From assembly GCA_965228735.1 (NCBI GenBank), contig OZ245838.1, forward strand, positions 6,944,001-7,008,000: a DNA stretch of 64,000 nt. The letters are read 5' to 3'. Each line of letters starts with the position of its first letter. Within the stretch, counting starts at the first letter, position 1. Positions 56,635-64,000 of this stretch are shown here, piece after piece. The notes under the pieces are model-generated. The model was not told the DNA's origin, ran no database searches, and saw nothing but the letters and a program-made list of their open reading frames with translations. The stretch comes from Planctomycetota bacterium. Lineage in GTDB: Bacteria; Planctomycetota; UBA1135; UBA2386. Position numbers and translations under genes: made by a program.

Positions 56635-58191
56635 ATGCCGAAAGAGATCGAACAGGTGGGCGACGTGGCGGCCGGGTCGGATCGTCAAGAGCTGACGTTC
56701 GGCGGCCGCTGGTCCTACGCGGCCGCACCCGAGGGCACCGATCATTTCGAGATCGCACCGCGCTACGACTTGTTCCTCGGTGGCGAGTTCGTGCGCCCCA
56801 AAGGTGGGGGAGGCTCGGGCAAGAAGGGCGCGGCGAGAACGGCGAGTCACTTCGCGACGATCAACCCGAGCACCGAAGAACCGCTGAGCGAGGTTGCCCA
56901 GGCCGGCAGCAAGGACGTCGACGCGGCCGTCGCGGCGGCGCGCAAGGCGCTGCCGGGTTGGAAGCGCAAGTCGGGTGACGAACGCGCGCGCTACCTGTTC
57001 CGGATCGCGCGCATCCTGCAGGAACGGGCGCGCGAGTTCGCCGTCCTCGAGACGCTCGACAACGGCAAGCCGATCGCGGAGACGCGCGACGTCGACGTGC
57101 CGCTCGCGGCGCAACACTTCTTCTACCACGCGGGCTGGGCCGACAAACTCGATCTGCTGTTCCCGGGTCAGTCGCCGGAGCCGATCGGCGTCATCGGGCA
57201 GATCATTCCGTGGAACTTCCCGCTGCTCATGGCCGCGTGGAAGATCGCGCCGGCGCTTGCCGGCGGCAACACGGTCGTGCTCAAGCCGGCGGAGACGTCG
57301 CCGCTGACCGCGCTGCGCCTGTGCGAGGTGCTGCAGCAGGCCGAGCTGCCGCCGGGCGTCGTGAACGTGATCACGGGCGATGGCTCGACGGGTGCGGCGT
57401 TGGCGCGACACGAGGGCCTCGACAAGGTCGCATTCACCGGCAGCACGGAGGTCGGCAAGTCGATCCAGCAGGCGGTGGCCGGGCGCGGCGTCGACCTCAC
57501 GCTCGAGCTCGGCGGCAAGGCGGCCAACATCGTGTTCGAGGACGCGGCGATCGATCAGGCGGTCGAGGGCATCGTGCGCGGCATCTTCTTCAATCAGGGC
57601 CACGTGTGCTGCGCGGGCTCGCGGCTGCTCGTGCAGGAGAGCGTGCACGACCTGCTCATGGACAAGCTGCGGCGGCGCATGCAGCGCATTCGCGTCGGCG
57701 ACCCGCTCGACAAGAACACCGACATGGGCGCCATCCACTCGGCGGCGCAGCTCGCCCGGATCCGGGAGCTGTGCGACGCCGGCGTCGCGGAGGGCGCGAC
57801 GCGTCACCAGAGCGAGTGCGCCCTGCCGGAGCGCGGCTTCTGGTTCCCGCCGACGGTGTTCACCGATGTCGCGCTGAGCCATCGCATCGCGCGCGAGGAG
57901 ATCTTCGGTCCGGTGCTCAGCGTGCTCACGTTCCGCACGCCGGAAGAAGCGGTGGAGAAGGCCAACAACACGAGCTATGGCCTGTCCGCCGGCATCTGGA
58001 CGGACAAGGGCGCGCGCATCCTGTGGCTCGCCGACCGCATCCGCGCCGGCGTCGTCTGGAACAACACGTTCAACCGCTTCGACGCGGCCTCGCCGTTCGG
58101 CGGCTTCAAGGACAGCGGCTTCGGCCGCGAGGGCGGCCGGCAGGGGATGCGGGCCTACGTGCGGCTGCCCGGTGGGTTGAGCGCCGGCTGA
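56635..58191 (+). CDS. Aldehyde dehydrogenase
   Basis: IPWNFP, KPAE, FTGSTEVG, LELGGK, NQGHVCCAG, EEIFGPV, PFGGFK.SG.GRE. Confidence 0.95.
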   Translation: MPKEIEQVGDVAAGSDRQELTFGGRWSYAAAPEGTDHFEIAPRYDLFLGGEFVRPKGGGGSGKKGAARTASHFATINPSTEEPLSEVAQAGSKDVDAAVAAARKALPGWKRKSGDERARYLFRIARILQERAREFAVLETLDNGKPIAETRDVDVPLAAQHFFYHAGWADKLDLLFPGQSPEPIGVIGQIIPWNFPLLMAAWKIAPALAGGNTVVLKPAETSPLTALRLCEVLQQAELPPGVVNVITGDGSTGAALARHEGLDKVAFTGSTEVGKSIQQAVAGRGVDLTLELGGKAANIVFEDAAIDQAVEGIVRGIFFNQGHVCCAGSRLLVQESVHDLLMDKLRRRMQRIRVGDPLDKNTDMGAIHSAAQLARIRELCDAGVAEGATRHQSECALPERGFWFPPTVFTDVALSHRIAREEIFGPVLSVLTFRTPEEAVEKANNTSYGLSAGIWTDKGARILWLADRIRAGVVWNNTFNRFDAASPFGGFKDSGFGREGGRQGMRAYVRLPGGLSAG

Positions 58192-58195
58192 GCCC

Positions 58196-58987
58196 TTACG
58201 AGCCCACCGTTGCGCGATAGGTGGTCGACATCGACAGGCCGGTCGACGGACACGAGTTGAGCGACACCAGGTCGGCGCCCTGCACGTAGAACTGGAAGCC
58301 GACGAGCGACGGGATCGGCGGGATCCAGATCTGCAGCGAGGAGCCGTTCATCACCGCCGACCAATCGTGGCCGACCGTGCACCCGCAGAAGGGCTGGCCC
58401 GGTGACGTGACGCCGGCACCGACGAGCGCCAGCCCCGCGGTGTTCACCGTCGAGACCGTGAGAGTGCTCGCGATGGACAGGTTGCCGGAGAACTCGAGGC
58501 CGACGTTGCCGCAGCCGCCGGATGCGACCGGCGCCAGCGAGCCGGAGCCGCCGCCGACGCTCAGCGTGAAGTTGCCGGACATGCCGTGGGTGCCGACGCG
58601 GATGTAGTACGTCATGCCGCCGTTCAGGATCGTGTTCACGACGGCGCCGACGCCGAAGTGACCGCAGGTGTCATCGTCGCCGGCCACGTAGACGAGCTGG
58701 CCGCAGCTGCCCGCGTAGATCGCCACGACCGTGTCGACGGCTGCCGTCTGGTTGCAGGCGCTCACGGTAATCGGCCCGGATTGCGACGGCGTGAACGAGA
58801 ACCAACGGTCCGCGTGCGGGGGCGTCCATGGGTTCCAGGGCTCCGACGACGGGCTGTAGCCGATCGTCGTGGCCGCGACGGAGCCCGGGCTCACGAGGAC
58901 GGCGTTGGCGCAGTCGTCACCAGCCTGACCGCGCGCCGTGCTGGCGAGGGCCAGCGAGAGCAAGACGAAGGAGAGCTTGTTGGGCAT
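58196..58987 (-). CDS. Secreted hypothetical protein
   Basis: Signal peptide ending ARG-Q. DDCANA, DRWFSFT, DTVVAIYAGSC, DDDTCG, TYYIRVG. Confidence 0.8.
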   Translation of the reverse strand: MPNKLSFVLLSLALASTARGQAGDDCANAVLVSPGSVAATTIGYSPSSEPWNPWTPPHADRWFSFTPSQSGPITVSACNQTAAVDTVVAIYAGSCGQLVYVAGDDDTCGHFGVGAVVNTILNGGMTYYIRVGTHGMSGNFTLSVGGGSGSLAPVASGGCGNVGLEFSGNLSIASTLTVSTVNTAGLALVGAGVTSPGQPFCGCTVGHDWSAVMNGSSLQIWIPPIPSLVGFQFYVQGADLVSLNSCPSTGLSMSTTYRATVGS

Positions 58988-59290
58988 GTCTTCCACCATG
59001 TCTTCCGCGAGGTCGCCGAATCCAGCTATGGCTAGGTAGACCGTTCGCCAAAGTAACCACATTCGATGGCGTGTGCCGCCTGGCGCTGCCGATCCGATGC
59101 CCAGACCCTCCCGGTTTCTCGATCCCGCACGCCGCGGACCACATCGAGCCGATCGAAACCCGGCGGGGCCGGCCACCAGGGTGCTTCCCGCGGGGTTGGG
59201 ATCGGACCCGGCCGGGCCTCTGCGATTCCTCCGCGCTCGCTCGCGGTGGGCTATTGCGCTGGCGTCTGGCGCCCGGCACCGTTCTGGATC

Positions 59291-60139
59291 ATGACGCTGT
59301 CCGTCAAGAAGACCTACAAGCACTACGTCGGCGGCAAGTTTCCGCGCAGCGAGTCGGGGCGCTCGTTCCGGCCGCACGACAATGGCGCGATCAACGTCAC
59401 GCGCGGCAGTCGCAAGGACATCCGCGAAGCCGTGCTCGCCGCGCGTGCGGGGCTGTCGAGCTGGAGCGGCGCCACGTCGTATCTGCGCGGGCAGATCCTC
59501 TACCGCGTCGCCGAGATGCTCGAGTCACGGCGCGATGCGTTGGTCGCGGAACTCCAGCTCGGCGGGTGCACGAAGCCCGCGGCGAAGAAGGAGATCGACG
59601 CGGGGATCGCGCTCACGGTCTGGTACGCGGGCCTGAGCGACAAGCTGCAGAGTCTGCTCGGCGCGCAGAACGAGGTGCAGGGGCCGTTCTTCGCGTTCTC
59701 GACCATCGAGCCGACGGGGGTGATCGGCGTCATCGCGCCCGAGCGACCGGCGCTCGTTGGTCTGCTCGCGCTGCTCCTGCCCGTCATCGTGTCGGGCAAC
59801 AGCGCGATCGTGCTCGTCAGCGAAGCGGCACCGTTCGCCGGGCTCGCGCTCGGCGAGGCGTTCGCGTCGAGCGACGTGCCGGGCGGTGCGATCAACCTGC
59901 TCGCCGGTCTGCGTTCCGAGCTCGCGCCGCATCTCGCGGCGCATCGCGACATCGACGGGCTGCTCGTGGCGGGCGCACCCGAAGCCGAACTCACCGCGGC
60001 CGGCGCCGACAACCTCAAGCGCACGCGCTTCTGCGACCTGTCGCCGGATGCGTTCGCCGACCTCGCGAAGGTGCGGCAGCTGTCCTGGGTCGAGCCGTTC
60101 GTCGAGGTCAAGTCGCTCTGGCACCCGGTCGCGCCCTGA
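59291..60139 (+). CDS. Short ALDH-like protein (NAD-binding half only)
   Basis: V.KTYK.YVGGKFPRSESGR, RGQILYRVAEMLE, EPTGVIGVIAP, F.EVKSLWHP. No LELGGK or catalytic Cys segment. Confidence 0.85.
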   Translation: MTLSVKKTYKHYVGGKFPRSESGRSFRPHDNGAINVTRGSRKDIREAVLAARAGLSSWSGATSYLRGQILYRVAEMLESRRDALVAELQLGGCTKPAAKKEIDAGIALTVWYAGLSDKLQSLLGAQNEVQGPFFAFSTIEPTGVIGVIAPERPALVGLLALLLPVIVSGNSAIVLVSEAAPFAGLALGEAFASSDVPGGAINLLAGLRSELAPHLAAHRDIDGLLVAGAPEAELTAAGADNLKRTRFCDLSPDAFADLAKVRQLSWVEPFVEVKSLWHPVAP

Positions 60140-61452
60140 TGCAGCACCACCCGGCGCGACTCATCGCGAAGAAGCGCGACGGCGGCGAGCTCGCTGCCGC
60201 CGAGATCCAGGATCTCGTGAGCGGGGTCGTCGACGGTTCGCTCGGCGACGCGCAGCTCGGCGCGTTCCTCATGGCGGTCTGCTGCAACGGCATGACGGCG
60301 GCGGAGACCGCGGCGCTCACGCTCGCGATGCGCGACAGCGGGCTCGTGCTGTCGCATCCGGGAGTGAGCAAACGCAAGGTCGACAAGCACAGCACGGGCG
60401 GTGTCGGCGACAAGGTCAGTCTGCTGCTCGCGCCGATGGTCGCGGCGGCCGGTGTCGCGGTGCCGATGATCAGCGGCCGCGGGCTCGGTCACACGGGCGG
60501 CACGATCGACAAGCTCGCGGCGTTGCCGGGCTACACGACCGACCTCGGGGTCGAGCGCTTCAAGAAGGTGCTCGAACAGTGCGGCTACGCGATGCTGTCG
60601 CCGAGCGCAGAGATCGCGCCGGCCGACCGGCGGATGTATGCGACCCGCGACATCAGCGGCACCGTCGAGAGCATCCCGCTGATCACGAGCTCGATCCTCA
60701 GCAAGAAGCTCGCGGAGGGCATCGACGGCCTCGTCATGGATGTGAAGTGCGGGCGCGCCGCGTTCATGAAGGAGGAGGGTGATGCCCGCGTGCTCATGGA
60801 CACGATCTGCGCGGTCGGGCGCGCGGCCGGGGTCGAGATCGCAGCACTCCTGACCGACATGGATCATCCGCTCGGGCGCGCGCTCGGCAACGCGCTCGAG
60901 GTGCGCGAGGTCCTCGTGGCGCTCGACGGCCCCGCGGCGTGCCCGGCCGACCTCGCGGAGGTCACGCTCGCGCTCGGCGCCGAGATGCTCGTGCTCGCCG
61001 GCACCGCGACGGACGCCGCGTCCGCGCGTTCGGTGCTCGAGCGGCTCTGGCAGGACGGCGTGGTCAAGCAGGTCTTCCAGCACAACCTCGAGCTGCAGGG
61101 CGGCGATCCGCGGGTGCTCGACGATCGCGAACTGCTCGGCAAGGCCGCCGTGATCGAGCCCGTCTTGCCGACCAGCGCGGGATACTTGGTGGACGTCGAC
61201 CCGCTCGCGCTCGGTCAGGTCGTCGTCGACCTCGGCGGCGGTCGCCGCCAGCCGAGCGATCCCATCGATCCGCACGTCGGCCTCGAACTCGCTTGCGAGC
61301 TCGGCGATTCCGCGGACCCGTCCAAGCCGCTGGCGATCGTGCACGCGAGCACGGCGGATGCAGCGACCGCGGCCGCCGCACGCGTCCGCGCGGCCATGCC
61401 GATCGGCGACGAGCGCAAGAAGCGCCGCCCCCTGGTCCTGGCCCGCTCCTGA
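60139..61452 (+). CDS. Thymidine / pyrimidine-nucleoside phosphorylase (DeoA/Pdp family)
   Basis: IAKKRDG, DKHSTGGVGDK, SGRGLGHTGGTIDKL, SILSKKLAEG, DVKCGRAAFM. TGATG overlap with the upstream gene. Confidence 0.93.
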   Translation: MQHHPARLIAKKRDGGELAAAEIQDLVSGVVDGSLGDAQLGAFLMAVCCNGMTAAETAALTLAMRDSGLVLSHPGVSKRKVDKHSTGGVGDKVSLLLAPMVAAAGVAVPMISGRGLGHTGGTIDKLAALPGYTTDLGVERFKKVLEQCGYAMLSPSAEIAPADRRMYATRDISGTVESIPLITSSILSKKLAEGIDGLVMDVKCGRAAFMKEEGDARVLMDTICAVGRAAGVEIAALLTDMDHPLGRALGNALEVREVLVALDGPAACPADLAEVTLALGAEMLVLAGTATDAASARSVLERLWQDGVVKQVFQHNLELQGGDPRVLDDRELLGKAAVIEPVLPTSAGYLVDVDPLALGQVVVDLGGGRRQPSDPIDPHVGLELACELGDSADPSKPLAIVHASTADAATAAAARVRAAMPIGDERKKRRPLVLARS

Positions 61453-61567
61453 GCGGCGCTACCGCACCCGTTTCGAATCCGCCATGCTGCAACCCTCGCT
61501 GCGATCGGCAGGGCGGCGACTTCTGGCCGGCGAGGGGTGGCGGTTTCGAAGCGGGTTCGGTACCGCC
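61453..61567. repeat. Intergenic inverted-repeat element family A, copy 2
   Basis: GCGGCGCTACCGCACCCGTTTCGAATCCGCCA ... TGGCGGTTTCGAAGCGGGTTCGGTACCGCC. Confidence 0.8.
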
Positions 61568-61568
61568 A

Positions 61569-64000
61569 TCAGCGGTCGTAGGCTTGCAGGGCGCGCTGGA
61601 CTGCGGGGGCCGGGTCCTCGCGCAGCCATTGGATGAAGCGGTCGACGCGCTCGCGATCCGGGTGGTCCTTCAACCGACGGATCGCGAACGCGCGCAGGGC
61701 CGGGTCGCCGGCAGCCAGTGCGTCGAGCAGGGCGATCGTCGCGTGGTCGCCGTGCGGGTCCTGGTTGCTCTGCAGCAGGAACACGCGCGTCTTCAGGTCC
61801 TCGGGAGCGTTCCCGACCAGCCGGAAGCGGCCGATGCCCTCGAGACTCGGCATGAGGAGCAGTTCGTCCGCGGCCGCGATGCGGGCGTCGGGATGGGAGG
61901 AGCCGCGGCGCAGGACGCTCGCGAGCAGGTGTTGCAGGTCGCTCTCCTTCGTCTCGAGGCGCCGCAACGCCGCGATGCCCTCGCGGCCGAAGAACGGCAG
62001 GGTCAGGGGCGCCATCTCGCGGACGTATGGCTCCGGATGTTCGAGAAGCAGCGGGATCAGCGGCGCGCCGGCCGGGCCGAGTCGGTGCAGTAGCCGCAGA
62101 TCGCCGGGGTGCAGGAACGCGAGCCGCGTCCGTTCGAGCACGGGCACGGCCGCGGGCCCGATCGACACCAGGGCTTGCAGCGCGAACTTCTGCTTCCCGA
62201 GACGCGGGGCGAGATGTTCGATCAGCGACGCGTCCGCGCCGATTCCTGCGAGCGTTTCGAGAACGAGCGCTTCGTCGTGCAGCGTCGGGCGCTCGAGTAG
62301 CTCCGCGAACGTGGCACGCATGGCCGGCTGCATCCGCTCGTTCTCGAGGACCGAGTGCGCGGATCGGCGGCGGTCCTCGCGCGGGCTGTCGAGCTCGCGA
62401 ACGATGCGTTCGGGGCTCGTCCGCAGAACGGCGAGAAAGAGCGATTGCCCGATGCCGGGCTCGTCGCGCGCCGCGAGGGCCGCTTCGGGATCGATCGCGG
62501 CCGCCGCGCGCGCGAAGTGCCGCGCGAATCGGCCCCGTGGTTCAGCGCGGAACCGCCGCAGCAGGTCGTCGCGGATGCGGGCCCGGATGCCGGGCTGGGC
62601 CTTGTGCGCGAGCCGGGCCACGGCCGCGAGCACGTCGGCGCTCCGATTGGCCGTCATCTTCGGCACCTGGGTCGCGCGCTCGATGAGACCCTGCGCGAGC
62701 CAGCCGATGTCCTTGTCGTCCTCGATGCAGTCGGCTGCAGCCTCGGCGAGGACCTCGTCGTGCGGCCACTTGCCGAAGCCGCGTCCGAAGTGATCGCGGA
62801 TCGCGTCGAGCACGACTGCGTCGCCGCCGCTGAGGCGCAAAGCCGCGCCCGCCGCGGCGCTGCCCGCCACGGTTGCTGTCTCGATCTGCTCCACGAGGAA
62901 CGGCAACGCCGGCCGGTGGCCGAGACGACCGAGCGCGTCGAACGCCGCGGCGATCGCGACGCCGTTCTGATACGAATCCGGGCGTTCGGGTCGTTGTTGC
63001 AGTGTGACCTCGATCGCCGACCGGTAGCGCGCGGCCCAGACGAGCCGTTCGTCGGCCGCGGGCGGCGCGTGCCGCAACTGCGCGAGGTAGACCGTCTCGA
63101 CGACCGGCAGGCTCGGCTCGTCGCGCTTCGCCAGCTGAATGAGCGCCGCGGTCACACGCTCGGGCAGCGGTGTGCTGCCGGTGAGGAACGGCTGGAGCGC
63201 CGTGATCCGCTGCCCGTCCAGCGCGTAATCGATCCATGGGGTCGCGCTGCGCGGTTGTTCGAGCACGAGAACGAGGAGCGCGCGAGGGCTGTCGGGATCG
63301 ATGGGTTCGTCGGGGCTGGTGGGGTCGCCCGGCTCGGCCGCGACACGTCGCCCGATCGCGCTCACGATGTCGTTCCGCGCCTGCATGACCTCGTACCAGT
63401 CGCGGCTGCGCGGATCTGGCAGCTCCGACGTGAGAACGGCGCGGAGCAGCGCGGCGCGTTCCTTCGTCCACGGGGTCTTGGTCGCCGTCGCGAGCATGAC
63501 CGTGGCGGATAGTCGATCGCTGCCGTAGAGCCCGCGCGCGAACTGGTCGGCGATGGCGAGCGCCTCGTCGTCGCCCCAGCTCAGCAGGCGCGCGAGCGCG
63601 GACTCGCGGACCGACTGCAGGGGATCCTTCAGCGCGGCGATCACTGCCAGACGCGGCGCGCGCGGTTGCCGCGTCATGTAGAGCGCGGCGCGTGGGCCGA
63701 TCGGCGCGGGTTCGGTGAGCCGGGCCTCGATGTGGGCCCGCATCTCGTCGTCGACACTGCGGATCCCGAAGCTGATCTGCCGCAGCGTCTCGCTCGTCCT
63801 CGCGTCCAACGCCGCGACGATCGCGCGGTCGATCGCGCGGTCTCGCCGGTCGCGTTCGGGGTCGTCGCGCAGGCGCCGGTCGCGGTAGAAGAACAGGCCC
63901 TCGAACGCGAGTGACCGCGCGGGGGAGTCGCGGTCGAGGCTCTCCGCGAGCAGCGCGTCGAAACCCGCGGGGCCCAGCTCGGTGATCGCGAACGCGTGCC
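61569..64000 (-). CDS. HEAT-repeat protein, 5' partial
   Basis: Frame is open to the right edge. ALKDPLQSVRESA, LLEHPEPYVRE, LREDPAPAVQRA. Confidence 0.75.
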   Translation of the reverse strand, partial: HAFAITELGPAGFDALLAESLDRDSPARSLAFEGLFFYRDRRLRDDPERDRRDRAIDRAIVAALDARTSETLRQISFGIRSVDDEMRAHIEARLTEPAPIGPRAALYMTRQPRAPRLAVIAALKDPLQSVRESALARLLSWGDDEALAIADQFARGLYGSDRLSATVMLATATKTPWTKERAALLRAVLTSELPDPRSRDWYEVMQARNDIVSAIGRRVAAEPGDPTSPDEPIDPDSPRALLVLVLEQPRSATPWIDYALDGQRITALQPFLTGSTPLPERVTAALIQLAKRDEPSLPVVETVYLAQLRHAPPAADERLVWAARYRSAIEVTLQQRPERPDSYQNGVAIAAAFDALGRLGHRPALPFLVEQIETATVAGSAAAGAALRLSGGDAVVLDAIRDHFGRGFGKWPHDEVLAEAAADCIEDDKDIGWLAQGLIERATQVPKMTANRSADVLAAVARLAHKAQPGIRARIRDDLLRRFRAEPRGRFARHFARAAAAIDPEAALAARDEPGIGQSLFLAVLRTSPERIVRELDSPREDRRRSAHSVLENERMQPAMRATFAELLERPTLHDEALVLETLAGIGADASLIEHLAPRLGKQKFALQALVSIGPAAVPVLERTRLAFLHPGDLRLLHRLGPAGAPLIPLLLEHPEPYVREMAPLTLPFFGREGIAALRRLETKESDLQHLLASVLRRGSSHPDARIAAADELLLMPSLEGIGRFRLVGNAPEDLKTRVFLLQSNQDPHGDHATIALLDALAAGDPALRAFAIRRLKDHPDRERVDRFIQWLREDPAPAVQRALQAYDR

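Noticed and set aside
1..64000. Many long overlapping ORFs in the track (e.g. 4939-7464, 38366-40909, 43881-46568, 55189-57882)
   Set aside because: Antisense or off-frame shadows of real genes in high-GC DNA, with no recognisable motifs.

Overview
A very GC-rich bacterial window. Its gene content suggests Planctomycetota (inference from ECF sigma factors, a TPR Ser/Thr kinase, BlaI/BlaR-type signalling, kdsA and many secreted hypothetical proteins). It holds about 50 CDSs and two tRNAs (Gln-CTG, Glu-CTC). Recognisable genes are dgt, an RluA-family synthase, truD, mtnP, ispH, kdsA and a cdd-deoC-ALDH-ALDH'-pyrimidine nucleoside phosphorylase cluster. I saw no CRISPR array, integrase or transposase. 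The most notable observations are: (1) an ECF sigma / membrane anti-sigma / exported TPR-CHAT caspase-like protease operon, with a G10 tract in the protease 5' end and an FG-GAP protein next to it; (2) a BlaI plus BlaR1(M56) sensor carrying two LysM domains; (3) a C-terminal module shared by four secreted proteins, a possible sorting domain; (4) two families of short intergenic inverted-repeat elements, each in two copies with conserved ends and unrelated interiors; (5) recurrent -10-like boxes 6-8 nt upstream of start codons, suggesting leaderless and sometimes bidirectional promoters; (6) a gluconokinase-deacetylase fusion; (7) an ECF region-4 remnant and a 41-aa membrane ORF that are absent from the ORF track. 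All calls come from reading motifs by eye; no searches were run.
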